Source: an uncultured Kordia sp.
GTDB taxonomy: Bacteria > Bacteroidota > Bacteroidia > Flavobacteriales > Flavobacteriaceae
Length of the DNA: 64,000 nucleotides
Direction of reading: 5' to 3'
Assembly (NCBI RefSeq): GCF_947496985.1
Contig: NZ_CANMEZ010000014.1
Coordinates: 16,379 to 80,378, forward strand
Made by a program: the position numbers and the translations under genes. Shown here in pieces: positions 26,347-37,760 of the stretch. The notes under the pieces were generated by a model. The model was given only the letters and a program-made list of their open reading frames with translations. It ran no database searches and was not told the DNA's origin. Position 1 is the stretch's first letter. Every line of letters begins with the position of its first letter.

Positions 26347-27624
26347 ATGAAAACTCAAGACAGAATTCAAGCATTAATTACAGAATGGACAACAAATGCA
26401 CGTTGGAAAGGAATTGAACGACCTTACACAGCTGCCGAAGTTGTAAAATTGCAAGGTTCTTACAAATTAGATCATAGCATTGCACGTTTAGGCGCAGAAA
26501 AACTATGGAGAAAACTAAACAATCAAGATTTTGTTGCTGGTTTGGGCGCTTTAACAGGAAATCAAGCAGTACAAGAAGTAGAAGCTGGTTTGGGCGCTAT
26601 TTATTTAAGTGGATGGCAAGTAGCTGCTGATGCAAATTTGGCAGGAGAAATGTATCCTGATCAGTCGTTATATCCTGCGAATAGTGTTCCGCAAGTGGTA
26701 AAGCGTATCAACAATGCATTATTGCGTCGCGATCAAATTCAGTGTGTAAACGAAGCTGAAAACAAACTTGATTATTTAGTGCCGATTGTTGCGGATGCAG
26801 AAGCTGGTTTTGGAGGAAATTTAAATGCATTTGAATTAATGAAAGCTATGATTGAAGCTGGCGCATCAGGAGTCCATTTTGAAGATCAATTGAGTTCAGC
26901 AAAAAAATGTGGACATTTAGGAGGGAAAGTCTTAGTGCCAACGCAAGAAGCGATCAATAAATTAGTAGCAGCGCGTTTGGCAACTGATGTTATGGGTGTT
27001 CCAACCTTAATCATTGCTCGTACAGATGCAGATGCAGCTAACTTATTGACAAGTGATATTGATGCAAGAGATGCCGAATTTATAACAGGTGAGCGTACAC
27101 ATGAAGGTTTCTTTCATGTAAACAACGGAATCAAGCAAGGAATTGCACGTGGATTAAGTTATGCTCCATATGCTGACTTAGTTTGGATGGAAACTTCAAA
27201 CCCTGATTTAGATTATGCACGTGAATTTGCAGAAGCAATTCATGCACAATATCCAGGGAAAATGTTAGCGTATAACTGTTCACCTTCATTCAATTGGGCA
27301 GCAAAATTAAGCGTGGCCGAAATGGAAACTTTTAGAGAAGAATTAGCAGCTATGGGTTATAAATTTCAATTCATTACGTTAGCAGGTTTTCATGCGTTAA
27401 ACACAAGTATGTTTGAATTGTCAAAAGCATATAAAGAAAGAGGAATGGCTGGGTATTCTGAATTACAAGAACGCGAATTTGCATTACAAAAAGATGGTTT
27501 TAACGCTGTAAAACATCAAGGTTTTGTTGGGACAACCTACTTTGATGCAGTTCAAAACACAGTGACGGCAGGCGCATCAAGTACAGTTGCTATGAAAGAT
27601 AGTACTGAAGTAGCTCAGTTTTAA
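26347..27624 (+). CDS. aceA: Isocitrate lyase
   Basis: 425 aa with the signature KKCGHLGGK. Confidence 0.95.
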   Translation: MKTQDRIQALITEWTTNARWKGIERPYTAAEVVKLQGSYKLDHSIARLGAEKLWRKLNNQDFVAGLGALTGNQAVQEVEAGLGAIYLSGWQVAADANLAGEMYPDQSLYPANSVPQVVKRINNALLRRDQIQCVNEAENKLDYLVPIVADAEAGFGGNLNAFELMKAMIEAGASGVHFEDQLSSAKKCGHLGGKVLVPTQEAINKLVAARLATDVMGVPTLIIARTDADAANLLTSDIDARDAEFITGERTHEGFFHVNNGIKQGIARGLSYAPYADLVWMETSNPDLDYAREFAEAIHAQYPGKMLAYNCSPSFNWAAKLSVAEMETFREELAAMGYKFQFITLAGFHALNTSMFELSKAYKERGMAGYSELQEREFALQKDGFNAVKHQGFVGTTYFDAVQNTVTAGASSTVAMKDSTEVAQF

Positions 27625-27727
27625 TAAAACTTAGTTTTGAAAAGTACGCAGTACGCATTCAAAATTGTTAGTTGAATTAAATCTCGTGATATGATGAGAT
27701 ATTAATTATTTAATTTTTTCGAAAAAA

Positions 27728-27761
27728 AACCGTTTCATTTGTCATAGTGAAGCGGTTTTTT
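27728..27761 (+). terminator. Rho-independent terminator after aceA
   Basis: 10-bp stem AACCGTTTCA / TGAAGCGGTT (one G-U) followed by a T-run. Confidence 0.6.
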
Positions 27762-27962
27762 GTGTTTTATTATGTTGAGTGTTTACATGTTATTATATTG
27801 ATTAATATAGGTGTATGGTTGTGTTTCTAGAAAAAAATAGAATCAAAAAATCATAACTCGTAAATCTAAAATACATTCTCGTATCTTTAAAAAAGGATAA
27901 AATTTTCTAATAAAATGAACCTTTTCAATTTTCTCACGTCTGTAGTATAGACGGAAGTTTTT

Positions 27963-28502
27963 ATGCATGAAAAAAATCACATATCAGATGGAATTCTTGT
28001 TGGTCAATACAAAGCAGGTGATAAAAAAGCATTCGCAATATTGGTAAAGCGTTTTCACAAAATATTCTGTAATCACGCTTATTGGATTGTAAAAGATGCA
28101 GAAGTTGCCAAAGATATTGCACAAGATAGTTGGAAACTCATTATAGATAAAGTGGAAAGTTTACAAAACCCTGAGCGTTTTAAAAGTTGGGCATTACGAA
28201 TTGTTCACAGAAAATCAATTGATTGGACACGGGCAATAGCAAAGAAACAACAACAGCAAAACGATTATACAGTTACAAAATCTATTCGTGATCTTCCGTC
28301 AATAGATACAAATTTGACAAAGCAACAATTAAAACAAGCAATTATACAATTATCTATAAGTCAACAACAAATAATACGCTTGTTTTATGTAGACGATTAT
28401 TCTTTAAAAAAGATTTCAAGCATTTTAGGAATATCAGTCGGAACTGTAAAATCACGCTTGTATCACGCAAGAGAACAATTAAAAAAGCAATTAAAAAAAT
28501 AG
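27963..28502 (+). CDS. ECF-type RNA polymerase sigma-70 factor
   Basis: 179 aa. Region 2 (AQDSWKLII) and the region 4 HTH (YSLKKISSILGISVGTVKSRLYHAR) are readable. Confidence 0.85.
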   Translation: MHEKNHISDGILVGQYKAGDKKAFAILVKRFHKIFCNHAYWIVKDAEVAKDIAQDSWKLIIDKVESLQNPERFKSWALRIVHRKSIDWTRAIAKKQQQQNDYTVTKSIRDLPSIDTNLTKQQLKQAIIQLSISQQQIIRLFYVDDYSLKKISSILGISVGTVKSRLYHAREQLKKQLKK

Positions 28503-28507
28503 AAATT

Positions 28508-28891
28508 ATGAGCACAATGGAAGACATAGATAAGTTAATAAAAGAAACATTAACAGAAGAAGAGTCAAAGTTTTATGACGAATTAGATGAGCAAGGTTTG
28601 TGGGGAATGTTTAAAAGTATTTTTCAAGGAAAATTAGGTTGGTTAGCTGTGATAATGAATATTGTAAATTTAATAGCCTTTGGCGTATTCATTTATTGTT
28701 TGGTACAATTTTTTAGTGTAGAAGAAACCAATGAAATGCTAAAATGGGGCATGGGAATTGTTATCTGTTTAATGATAAATGCGATGATAAAAATATATGC
28801 ATGGATGCAAATGGACAAACGTGCAATTTTACGAGAAATGAAACGCTTGGAGTTACAAATATCCTCTTTAGCTTCTAAAATATCTGAATAA
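28508..28891 (+). CDS. Small membrane protein, candidate cognate anti-sigma/partner
   Basis: 127 aa with 2 TM helices, located 5 nt after the sigma gene. Confidence 0.4.
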   Translation: MSTMEDIDKLIKETLTEEESKFYDELDEQGLWGMFKSIFQGKLGWLAVIMNIVNLIAFGVFIYCLVQFFSVEETNEMLKWGMGIVICLMINAMIKIYAWMQMDKRAILREMKRLELQISSLASKISE

Positions 28892-29032
28892 GATGTTAAA
28901 TTAAAGCTAATATTTTAGTAATTTGCAACTCTCTAGGGATGATTTCTCTCCCACGCTGAATTTTCGATTCCTCGAAAGGATAAAGGTAGAGTAGGAATGG
29001 TTATTTTATGTATCATTTAAAACTTTATTAAA

Positions 29033-30274
29033 ATGGCTGTTTTAGAACAATTAACATCTCAGCAAGCAATTGAATTAGAAGACAAGTATGGAGCGCACAA
29101 CTATCATCCACTTCCAGTGGTTTTGAATAGAGGAGAAGGCGTACATGTTTGGGACGTAGAAGGCGTAAAGTATTACGATTTTCTTTCTGCATACTCAGCT
29201 GTAAACCAAGGACATTGTCATCCAAAAATTGTAAATGCGATGGTGTCTCAAGCACAAACACTTACATTAACGTCTCGTGCGTTTTATAATGACATCTTGG
29301 GTCGTTATGAGAAATTTGCATCGGAATATTTCAATTTCGATAAATTATTACCAATGAATACAGGAGCGGAAGCTGTAGAAACAGCCTTGAAAATCTGTAG
29401 AAAATGGGCATACGAGAAAAAAGGAATCGCAGAAAACGAAGCTGAAATTGTCGTTTGCGAAAACAACTTTCATGGAAGAACTACGACGATTATTTCATTT
29501 TCAAATGATCCTGTAGCACGTAAAAACTTTGGCCCATACACAAGCGGATTTATCAAAATCGCGTATGATAATCTTGAAGCGTTAGAAGAAACGTTAAAAA
29601 GTAATCCAAACGTAGCCGGATTTATGGCAGAACCTATTCAAGGAGAAGCTGGAGTATATGTTCCATCTGAAGGATATCTAGCGAAAGCGAAAGCATTATG
29701 TGAAAAACACAATGTATTGTTTATTGCTGACGAAGTACAAACAGGAATTGCACGTACTGGAAAATTATTAGCGGTTGATCATGAAAATGTAAAACCAGAT
29801 ATCTTAATCTTAGGAAAAGCAATATCTGGAGGTGCATATCCTGTATCAGCAGTATTAGCAGATGATCATATTATGGGTGTAATTCGCCCAGGAAATCACG
29901 GATCAACTTTTGGAGGAAACCCTGTTGCAGCAGCAGTTGCAATGGCAGCTTTGGAAGTTGTTAAAGAAGAAGGATTGGCTGAAAATGCTGAAAGATTAGG
30001 AAAACTTTTTAGAAGCGAATTAAACAAATATATTGAAACAAGTGGTATCGTAAACCTTGTCAGAGGAAAAGGATTGTTGAACGCAATTGTGATCAATGAC
30101 GATGAAGAAAGTGATACAGCTTGGAATATTTGTATGGCGCTAAAGAATAATGGGTTATTAGCAAAACCAACACATGGAAACATTATTCGTTTTGCACCAC
30201 CATTAGTAATGACTGAAGAGCAATTATTAGATTGTGTAGCAATTATTATAAAAACACTTAAAGAATTTGAATAG
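29033..30274 (+). CDS. rocD: Ornithine--oxo-acid aminotransferase
   Basis: 413 aa class-III aminotransferase. Blocks [16 protein letters not shown] and [11 protein letters not shown] are present, with the PLP Lys in LGKAISGG. Confidence 0.9.
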   Translation: MAVLEQLTSQQAIELEDKYGAHNYHPLPVVLNRGEGVHVWDVEGVKYYDFLSAYSAVNQGHCHPKIVNAMVSQAQTLTLTSRAFYNDILGRYEKFASEYFNFDKLLPMNTGAEAVETALKICRKWAYEKKGIAENEAEIVVCENNFHGRTTTIISFSNDPVARKNFGPYTSGFIKIAYDNLEALEETLKSNPNVAGFMAEPIQGEAGVYVPSEGYLAKAKALCEKHNVLFIADEVQTGIARTGKLLAVDHENVKPDILILGKAISGGAYPVSAVLADDHIMGVIRPGNHGSTFGGNPVAAAVAMAALEVVKEEGLAENAERLGKLFRSELNKYIETSGIVNLVRGKGLLNAIVINDDEESDTAWNICMALKNNGLLAKPTHGNIIRFAPPLVMTEEQLLDCVAIIIKTLKEFE

Positions 30275-30741
30275 TGCCATTAAAAAAAGAAGATAGTTCA
30301 GTATTTGATAATTTTGAATTACGATTAAATGAACAGTCCAAAAAGTTTTTACGCGAAACTGCAAAATGGACGTTTATTTTATCAATTCTAGGATTTATTC
30401 TTATAGGATTATTTTTATTAATCGCTATTTTCTTTATTGTGATGTATGCTGCATTGAACGAAAATGTAAGCCCTCTAGTAGCGAGCGGAATGTCTGTAGA
30501 ATTTGTTGCTATTGTATACTTTGTGCTGGCAGTATTGTATTTTTTTCCAGTAATGTATTTATATCGTTTTTCACGAAGAATGAAATCAGCATTGTTAGAA
30601 AAAAGTACAGATGGTTTAACAAGAGCTTTTTCAAGCTTAAAATCACATTACAAATTCATAGGAATTCTAGTATTATCACTAGTAGGATTGTATGCTTTAG
30701 TTTTTGTTTTTGCAATTATAGCAGGAGCAGCAGGAATCTAA
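30274..30741 (+). CDS. Integral membrane protein (4 TM)
   Basis: 155 aa with a GTG start overlapping the rocD stop by 1 nt. The alternative-frame ORF 30366-30806 was rejected. Confidence 0.5.
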   Translation: MPLKKEDSSVFDNFELRLNEQSKKFLRETAKWTFILSILGFILIGLFLLIAIFFIVMYAALNENVSPLVASGMSVEFVAIVYFVLAVLYFFPVMYLYRFSRRMKSALLEKSTDGLTRAFSSLKSHYKFIGILVLSLVGLYALVFVFAIIAGAAGI

Positions 30742-30819
30742 ATACTATTAAAAATAAACATACTAAAAAAGCGGATGTACAATGTACATCCGCTTTTTGT
30801 ATATAGAAGAATCTAATTC

Positions 30820-31140
30820 TTATTGATTGTTTATTTGTTCCATTAATTCTTGCCATTGCTGTTGTTGTAGTTCCCATCCACCAGTTGACAAAATGTAAAT
30901 AGCGTATAAGAAATATAAAACGTTAATGATAGTAACTACTAAAGCTATAATTTTAGCAGTATTCATGTTGTTTAAATTTCCTTCGTATTCATCTGGATTT
31001 GCAGTAGCACCTTTTATTTTATTATCAGCTATAAAATAAGCTGGTCCAGAAAGTAGAAATCCAAGTCCGCTAAAGCAGCAGCAAAGAAATCCAATTACAG
31101 ATAGGACATATACTAATGTTGGATTGAGTTGTTTTTTCAT
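30820..31140 (-). CDS. CCC-motif membrane protein
   Basis: 106 aa with the N-terminal TM segment VIGFLCCCFSGLG. Confidence 0.5.
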   Translation of the reverse strand: MKKQLNPTLVYVLSVIGFLCCCFSGLGFLLSGPAYFIADNKIKGATANPDEYEGNLNNMNTAKIIALVVTIINVLYFLYAIYILSTGGWELQQQQWQELMEQINNQ

Positions 31141-31165
31141 GTGATTGTAGTTTGATTATTTAAAT

Positions 31166-31471
31166 TTAATATAATTTTTTGACAAAGAAATTAATTATGA
31201 TAATAATGACAGTTGTAATTCCTAAAAAGTTAATCAGTTTTTGAGAATTCCTAAATTTATAAAAGATATTGATACCAACAAGAGCGAAAAATAAAATAAG
31301 CGTATAAATTGCTGGATACATTTTGAAAGCTTCAATAAACTCTCCTTGTGTAATTAATGATAATGAACGTTGTAAGCCACAACCAAAGCAATCAATTCCT
31401 AAATATTTTTTAGAAACACATGGAAGCATATAATCATCAAGTTGTATTAAAAAAATGAGTGCGCTATGCAT
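31166..31471 (-). CDS. DUF2752-like membrane protein
   Basis: 101 aa with the motif C....LGIDCFGCGLQRS followed by TM helices. Confidence 0.5.
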   Translation of the reverse strand: MHSALIFLIQLDDYMLPCVSKKYLGIDCFGCGLQRSLSLITQGEFIEAFKMYPAIYTLILFFALVGINIFYKFRNSQKLINFLGITTVIIIIINFFVKKLY

Positions 31472-31669
31472 TTTAATGGTTGGTTTTTACAAATATAGAA
31501 AATACTTTATTCTATATTTAATGTATCATCAGTATTGATTTTTTATAGAACGTTACGGAAAAAGATGTTTTTTTTGAAAAAAAGTCTAAAATTTGAATGC
31601 GATTTTGTGTATCATTCCCAAAATGAAAGCGTTGCTTGAAAAGAAAATATTATTTTTGGAGTCTAAAAA

Positions 31670-31933
31670 TTGCATGGAGTGAATTCTAAATATAAAACAG
31701 CTGTTTATTTTTTTCTTGTCTTTTTCGGAGTTGGGATCTTACTTTTTATAGACGCAATTCAAGGAGAAACACAACTTGTGCTTACAATTATTGCATTAGT
31801 GATGACAATGTTTGGATTGTACAAAGTAACTTCGATGCAAACATCTAACAAGCAAAAAAAGTACGATAACGAAGAATACTTTAATAGAGAAAAATATTCT
31901 CAGCAAGAAGAAGAAGAAGAAGAAGAAGAGTAA
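31670..31933 (+). CDS. Small 2-TM protein with poly-Glu C-terminus
   Basis: 87-aa ORF ending ...QQEEEEEEEE. Confidence 0.4.
   Translation: MHGVNSKYKTAVYFFLVFFGVGILLFIDAIQGETQLVLTIIALVMTMFGLYKVTSMQTSNKQKKYDNEEYFNREKYSQQEEEEEEEE
31907..31930 (+). repeat. (GAA)7GAG trinucleotide microsatellite encoding the poly-Glu tail
   Basis: Read directly as gaagaagaagaagaagaagaagag, immediately before the TAA stop. Confidence 0.9.
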
Positions 31934-31958
31934 GTAATAATAGTAGCATACAATAATC

Positions 31959-32519
31959 ATGAATTTTGAAGTAGGAGATAAGGTAGAGGCAATTGATGAT
32001 GTCATTAGTGGAGTTGTAAAATCCATTAGTGGGAAGATAATTATGGTGGAAACAAATGAAGGTTTTCCTATTACATTTGAAGCGTCTGAATTGGTAAAAG
32101 TAAATATTGATGAAATTAGCCGTGATTTATCATACCAAAAAATTCATACTGCTATTCAAGAAAAAGAGGCTGCAAAAAAGCCAAAACGCATTCTAGAAAA
32201 GTCGTCAAGAAAAGAACGCTCTGAAATAATTTTAGAAGTAGACTTACATATTCATCAATTGACAAAGTCAGCTAAAGGCATGAGTAATTTTGATATGCTT
32301 ACCCTACAAACAGATACTGCTAAGCGTCAATTAGAATTTGCCATTCGTAAACGAATTCCTAAAGTAGTTTTTATTCACGGAGTTGGAGCTGGTGTATTGA
32401 AAGAAGAATTAGCCTATTTGTTCAGAAGATACGACAATGTAAAATATTATGATGCTAATTATCAGAAATACGGATTAGGTGCAACAGAAGTTTACATTTA
32501 TCAAAACCCGAAAAATTGA
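31959..32519 (+). CDS. Smr (MutS2-related small nuclease) domain protein
   Basis: 186 aa. The C-terminal part reads LEVDLHIHQL...AKRQLEFAIRKRIPKVVFIHGVGAGVLKEEL. Confidence 0.7.
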   Translation: MNFEVGDKVEAIDDVISGVVKSISGKIIMVETNEGFPITFEASELVKVNIDEISRDLSYQKIHTAIQEKEAAKKPKRILEKSSRKERSEIILEVDLHIHQLTKSAKGMSNFDMLTLQTDTAKRQLEFAIRKRIPKVVFIHGVGAGVLKEELAYLFRRYDNVKYYDANYQKYGLGATEVYIYQNPKN

Positions 32520-32571
32520 TTCTATAATTCTACGTCAGTAATTTAGGATCGGTTATTTTCCTTAAAATCAA

Positions 32572-33099
32572 TTACTCAGCAACTGTTGTAATAGAACCGT
32601 AATCAAATGTATCATAAGTGATGCTATTTCCTTCATTATTTGAAAATACAATATTCTCAAAGGTAATAACATGCTGATAACTTACTATAATAGTTGGATC
32701 AACAGTATCAGGTACTTCAGTAGTAACTACTTTAACGATTCCATTATTCGCTGTATACTCTAAATTTACTTGAATATCTGAAGGTGGCAATTCACTACAA
32801 AAATAATCACTAGATATAGTTGTGTTAAATCCTCTATAATATGCACTTCCACTTACAGACAAATCGAGTTCTCTTGGAATACCTTCATCAGTAACTGTAT
32901 TGATAAAAAGTGTATTTGGTACTTCTAAAATCAACGCTTCAGCACCATCTATTCTAAATAATAATGTAACACCAGCAGGTACTGGAGTACAACCAGCAAC
33001 ACTGGCAGTACTTTCAAAGTCGATTTCTTCCAAAGGTAAATCTCCATCATCACAACCAAAAACAAATACTAGGGCAAAAAGGAACCATAAATTTTTCAT
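32572..33099 (-). CDS. Putative lipoprotein
   Basis: 175 aa with a signal plus lipobox (VFVFGC). Confidence 0.5.
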   Translation of the reverse strand: MKNLWFLFALVFVFGCDDGDLPLEEIDFESTASVAGCTPVPAGVTLLFRIDGAEALILEVPNTLFINTVTDEGIPRELDLSVSGSAYYRGFNTTISSDYFCSELPPSDIQVNLEYTANNGIVKVVTTEVPDTVDPTIIVSYQHVITFENIVFSNNEGNSITYDTFDYGSITTVAE

Positions 33100-33246
33100 G
33101 AAAAGTACTATTATAAAAATTTGTATAAATATAAAGGCAAAAGTATAAGAAAACTCTATTTATAACGAAACTTATTGTAAATAATTTTATTTAAACTATT
33201 TTTGTTCATCTTTATTTCAACCAACCCTATTTATTAAACATAACGA

Positions 33247-34395
33247 ATGAAGAATGTATATTTTGATAGTGCAGCTACAACACAAATTCGACCAGAAGTT
33301 GTAGATCGCATTAAGATAGCCTTAGAAGAGAATTACGGAAATCCGTCTTCAACACATAGTTACGGTCGCTCTTCAAAAACATTAATAGAAACTGCACGCA
33401 AAACCATTGCTAGGTATTTAAATGCTTCTCCTCAAGAAATTATTTTTACTTCAGGAGGAACTGAAGCAGATAATATGGCATTGCGTTGTTCGGTACGTGA
33501 TTTAGGTGTTACCACCATAATTACATCGCCCATTGAGCATCACGCCGTTTTACATACGGTGGAACAATTGCGCGTAGAAAGTGATATTAAAGTTACATAT
33601 GTAAAACTACAATCGTGCGGAACGCCAGATTATGATGATTTAGAAGCGTTGCTAAAAGCTGATAATTCTAAAAAATTAGTCAGCTTAATGCATGTAAATA
33701 ACGAAATCGGAAATATTTTAGATGCTGATAGAGTAGGAGCGCTTTGCAAAGAATATGGAGCGTTGTTTCATTCTGATACAGTGCAATCTATTGGGCATTT
33801 CGATTGGGATTTGCAAAAGACACCTGTTGATTTCTTAGCAGCTGCGGCACATAAATTTCATGGACCAAAAGGAATTGGTTTTGCTTTTATCAGAAAAGAT
33901 TCTGGTTTAAAACCGCTAATTTTTGGAGGATCGCAAGAACGAGGATTTAGAGCAGGAACCGAAGCTGTACACAATGTTGTTGGTTTGGAAGAAGCTTTCA
34001 AACTTGCTTATGATAATTTAGAAGAAGAAAAAACGTATGTAGAAGGTTTGAAAACCTACTTTATGGCAGAATTGAAAAGAGTAATGCCAGACGTAAAATT
34101 CAACGGAAACTGTCACGAAACGACTAAAAGTACGTATACCTTAGTAAATGTATGTTTACCATTTGACCAACAAAAGGCGTTAATGCTTTTATTTCATATG
34201 GATTTAAAAGGAATTGCATGTTCTAAAGGAAGTGCTTGCCAATCAGGAAGTAGTAAAGGTTCGCATGTATTGCGCGCTATTTTAAGTAATGAAGATTTAG
34301 AAAAACCATCATTACGTTTCTCTTTCTCAAAATTCAATACCAAAGAAGAAATAGATTATTTAATTCAAGTGTTACACGAATACGCAAATTCATAA
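33247..34395 (+). CDS. Cysteine desulfurase (NifS/IscS class V aminotransferase)
   Basis: 382 aa with FTSGGTEADN, the PLP-Lys motif AAHKFHGPKG, and the active-site region SKGSACQSG. Confidence 0.85.
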   Translation: MKNVYFDSAATTQIRPEVVDRIKIALEENYGNPSSTHSYGRSSKTLIETARKTIARYLNASPQEIIFTSGGTEADNMALRCSVRDLGVTTIITSPIEHHAVLHTVEQLRVESDIKVTYVKLQSCGTPDYDDLEALLKADNSKKLVSLMHVNNEIGNILDADRVGALCKEYGALFHSDTVQSIGHFDWDLQKTPVDFLAAAAHKFHGPKGIGFAFIRKDSGLKPLIFGGSQERGFRAGTEAVHNVVGLEEAFKLAYDNLEEEKTYVEGLKTYFMAELKRVMPDVKFNGNCHETTKSTYTLVNVCLPFDQQKALMLLFHMDLKGIACSKGSACQSGSSKGSHVLRAILSNEDLEKPSLRFSFSKFNTKEEIDYLIQVLHEYANS

Positions 34396-34533
34396 TGGAA
34401 GTAAAAATTTAATATACAAAAAGCGAGTTCAATATTTAGAACTCGCTTTTTTTTATGTTGTAATCTTGATAATCTATTTTACTCAAGCATTCCTAAGTTT
34501 CTGTTGTTTTGCTTTTACATAGTTCGAAGATAA

Positions 34534-35190
34534 CTATTGTTTTTCTTCATACGGGAACTTTCTACTGGCTTTTCGCATCATCTTTGCAATAATTACGGAA
34601 GTGTTTTTTCCAGATTTACGATTGATTGTTTTTTCATAACGCCATAACAGTTTTCCTGTATTTTTATCACTTAACTTAATAATGATTTTTCCATAATCGG
34701 ACTTTCCTTTTAAGAAGGTAATCAAGTCAAAAGAAGTGTCTACTTCTTTAGAGAGTAACAAACGCGAAGTTAACGAACCACTAATAATGGCGTCAACTTT
34801 TAGTATTTTACACAATTCTTGTGGTGTGTAAATATCAATATTTTCATCCGTAATTCCAGCTTTTTTCAGACTACGATTGGTTGTATTAATATCTTGAAAA
34901 TCAATTTTAAGTTTCTTCTTACGTTTTCTGTTTAAGAAATAACTTTCCAAGGCTTCTTGTACAGCAATACCTTCTTGTTGTTCAAACTTTTTTATTTGTG
35001 CTTCACTATAGTTTCCTTGATCAGATTTTAAATTCAGTTTGGTCTGAAACGGAAGAATTGCAATAGTTTGATGATCTTTTGAAAGTTCTTCAAACTTATC
35101 ACTTACATATATTTTTTTCTGTGCAGTACTTTGTTGTATTCCAACAAATAATAGTAAAAGGACAATTAACTTCTTCATTATAATTTTCAT
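34534..35190 (-). CDS. Hypothetical secreted/lipoprotein
   Basis: 218 aa with a signal peptide (MKKLIVLLLLFVGIQQSTA). Confidence 0.45.
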   Translation of the reverse strand: MKIIMKKLIVLLLLFVGIQQSTAQKKIYVSDKFEELSKDHQTIAILPFQTKLNLKSDQGNYSEAQIKKFEQQEGIAVQEALESYFLNRKRKKKLKIDFQDINTTNRSLKKAGITDENIDIYTPQELCKILKVDAIISGSLTSRLLLSKEVDTSFDLITFLKGKSDYGKIIIKLSDKNTGKLLWRYEKTINRKSGKNTSVIIAKMMRKASRKFPYEEKQ

Positions 35191-35277
35191 TCTGAAAAGT
35201 ACTTCTCTAAATAACTTTTTAAGAAAAATTACTCAAAGCAATCTATTCATTATTTAATTTTATCAAACACACAAGAC

Positions 35278-37749
35278 CTAAAATCGCATTCCCATTTTTA
35301 CATTAAATACACGACCGGTTAAGAAATTTGGAATTCCAAACTGACGTTTTGTATATACATCACGAACCCAAGTATTGGTGATTGAGTTTTGTACATCAAA
35401 GATGTTGAAAATTTCAAACCCAACATTCAATTCTTTAAACACAGATTTCCAACCACGATCAAATTGTTTGTCTTTGTCTACTAAAACATAAGAGAAACCA
35501 ACATCTGCACGTTTATAATCAGGTAATTCGCTTTGGAATAAATACGGATCAGAATAACTTGGTGATCCACTAGGCAACCCTGTATTATATGTTAAGTTTA
35601 AATATAATTTTAAGTTTGGAATCTTTCGCATATAATCTTGAAACAACACAGCAAACTTCAAACGTTGATCTGTAGGTCTGCTAATGTATCCACGATTGTT
35701 GATGTTTTCTTCTGTTTTTAAATATCCAAAACTGACCCAGCTTTCTGTGCCAGGAACAAATTCACCATTCAAGCGCATATCTAAACCATAAGCATATGCA
35801 TCAGCTACATTATCGGCTCTGTAACGAATTCGTACATTTTCAATCGTATAGGCATTTACATCAGAAAGACTTTTGTAGTATGCTTCTGTTGTTAATTTAA
35901 ATGGACGATCCCAAAGTTTGAAACTATAATCATTTCCTAATACAACATGAATTGATTGTTGTGCTTTTACATTTGGATTTACAACACCATCCGCACCACG
36001 TAATTCTCTATAAAAAGGTGGTTGGTGGTAAAATCCTCCAGACAAACGGAACAACATATCTTTTTCCCACTTTGGCTTGATAGCAACTTGTGCTCTTGGG
36101 CTAAAAACGGCTTGTGTCTTACTTTTAATTCCATCACCATTTACTGTCCAACTATGTGCACGAACACCAATATTTGTCCAAACATCATGTTCTCCAAGTG
36201 TTGATTGTTTACTCCATTGTGCATATCCAGAAACACGATCAATTTGCGTATTATTTCTTGCGCGTACCGTTTGGAAAGGTTCTATAGGTCCTTCATACGG
36301 TGTATAAGGTTGATTATTTGAGAATTGAGGAAAAGGAGGACGAATTGAAAATCCTGCCGAGTCTATTACTTCCCATTCAATCAATCGATCACGAATATCT
36401 TCACGTGTGTATTTAACTCCCCAATCAATTTGATTTTCTTCGTTATTAATTTTATAATTCCCTTTGTGTTCAACATTGAAAATCAAGGCGTCTAAGTCGT
36501 TTCTACCATGATTTAATTGCGAACCAATTCCTTCACTAAATTCTACATTTCCTAAATCTTGATCGCCAATATTTGTATTTACTTCTCCTAAACGATATTC
36601 TGCTAAAATGTCAAAATGTTCTTGTTCGGTTGTATGATAGGCAGACGCGATAAATTTTAATGTAACGTCATCATTGAGATAATAATTTGCTTTCAATGCA
36701 CCAAAATACGTTCGGTAACGATCTTCTTCTCGTCCTTGATAAAAAACTAATAAAGCAATCGGATCTTGTAATGTCCCAAAGTTTGTCTGGCGTGTTAACG
36801 GTTCATAATCGTAATCATTGAAAGAAACATTTCCTAAGAAGTTCAAATCGAACTTATCTGAAAACTTATATGTTAAATATGTTTGAAAATCTGTAAATCG
36901 AGGTTTAAAGTTCGTTTCTGTTTGTTTGCTATTTACTAATAAACTATTGTCACGGTAACGAATTCCTGAAATGGTTGAAAACTTACTGTCATTACTTACA
37001 GTTTCAACAGAAGCACTTCCACCAAGTAAGCTTAAATTAACTCTTCCGCCAAAGCGAACTGGTCTTTTATAGGTGATATCTAACACAGAAGAGAGTTTGT
37101 CTCCATATTTTGCTTGAAATCCTCCAGCAGAGAAATCAATATTCTGAACCAAATCAGAATTCACAAAACTCAATCCTTCTTGTTGTCCAGATCGAATTAA
37201 AAATGGGCGATATACTTCAATTTCGTTTACATACACTAAATTTTCATCGTAGTTTCCACCACGAACTGAATATTGTGTACTTAGTTCATTATTATTATTA
37301 AAACCAGGAAACGACATCAATAAATTTTCTACACCAGGATTTGCACCAGGAATCAAACGTACAGTCTCGGCTGAAACCGATTGAATTCCTTGCACTGCTT
37401 TTCGTCCACGCGAATCAACTACAACAACGCCAATTTCCTCCGTACTTGTGTTCATTACAGGATGTAACTCATAATCTTCGCCATCTTTCAATTCAATTGT
37501 AATGGTGATGTTTTTATGAGAAATATGTGAAAATGTAAGTGTGATTTTTTGATTAGCAGGAATAACGATTTTAAAAAATCCATTTTTATTCGTTTGTGTT
37601 CCTGTATCAACCGAAGAACTGATATTTACATCTTCAATAGGCTGATTGTTCTTATCTAAAATAACTCCTCTAACGGTTGCTGTTTGTGCAATAATGAAGT
37701 TTGCAAACAGGAAAAAACCCAAGAAAAGAATGCTTCGTATTGGTTTCAA
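35278..37749 (-). CDS. TonB-dependent receptor with carboxypeptidase-regulatory-like N-terminal domain
   Basis: 823 aa. It has a signal peptide, the TATVRGVILD... CarbopepD_reg-like start, a plug region and a C-terminal beta-barrel ending in F. Confidence 0.8.
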   Translation of the reverse strand: MKPIRSILFLGFFLFANFIIAQTATVRGVILDKNNQPIEDVNISSSVDTGTQTNKNGFFKIVIPANQKITLTFSHISHKNITITIELKDGEDYELHPVMNTSTEEIGVVVVDSRGRKAVQGIQSVSAETVRLIPGANPGVENLLMSFPGFNNNNELSTQYSVRGGNYDENLVYVNEIEVYRPFLIRSGQQEGLSFVNSDLVQNIDFSAGGFQAKYGDKLSSVLDITYKRPVRFGGRVNLSLLGGSASVETVSNDSKFSTISGIRYRDNSLLVNSKQTETNFKPRFTDFQTYLTYKFSDKFDLNFLGNVSFNDYDYEPLTRQTNFGTLQDPIALLVFYQGREEDRYRTYFGALKANYYLNDDVTLKFIASAYHTTEQEHFDILAEYRLGEVNTNIGDQDLGNVEFSEGIGSQLNHGRNDLDALIFNVEHKGNYKINNEENQIDWGVKYTREDIRDRLIEWEVIDSAGFSIRPPFPQFSNNQPYTPYEGPIEPFQTVRARNNTQIDRVSGYAQWSKQSTLGEHDVWTNIGVRAHSWTVNGDGIKSKTQAVFSPRAQVAIKPKWEKDMLFRLSGGFYHQPPFYRELRGADGVVNPNVKAQQSIHVVLGNDYSFKLWDRPFKLTTEAYYKSLSDVNAYTIENVRIRYRADNVADAYAYGLDMRLNGEFVPGTESWVSFGYLKTEENINNRGYISRPTDQRLKFAVLFQDYMRKIPNLKLYLNLTYNTGLPSGSPSYSDPYLFQSELPDYKRADVGFSYVLVDKDKQFDRGWKSVFKELNVGFEIFNIFDVQNSITNTWVRDVYTKRQFGIPNFLTGRVFNVKMGMRF

Positions 37750-37760
37750 TATAATTAGTT

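Noticed and set aside
30366-30806. 146-aa alternative-frame + strand ORF overlapping 30274-30741.
   Set aside because: The Cys/Arg/Ile-rich translation looks non-protein-like, whereas the other frame gives a clean 4-TM membrane protein.
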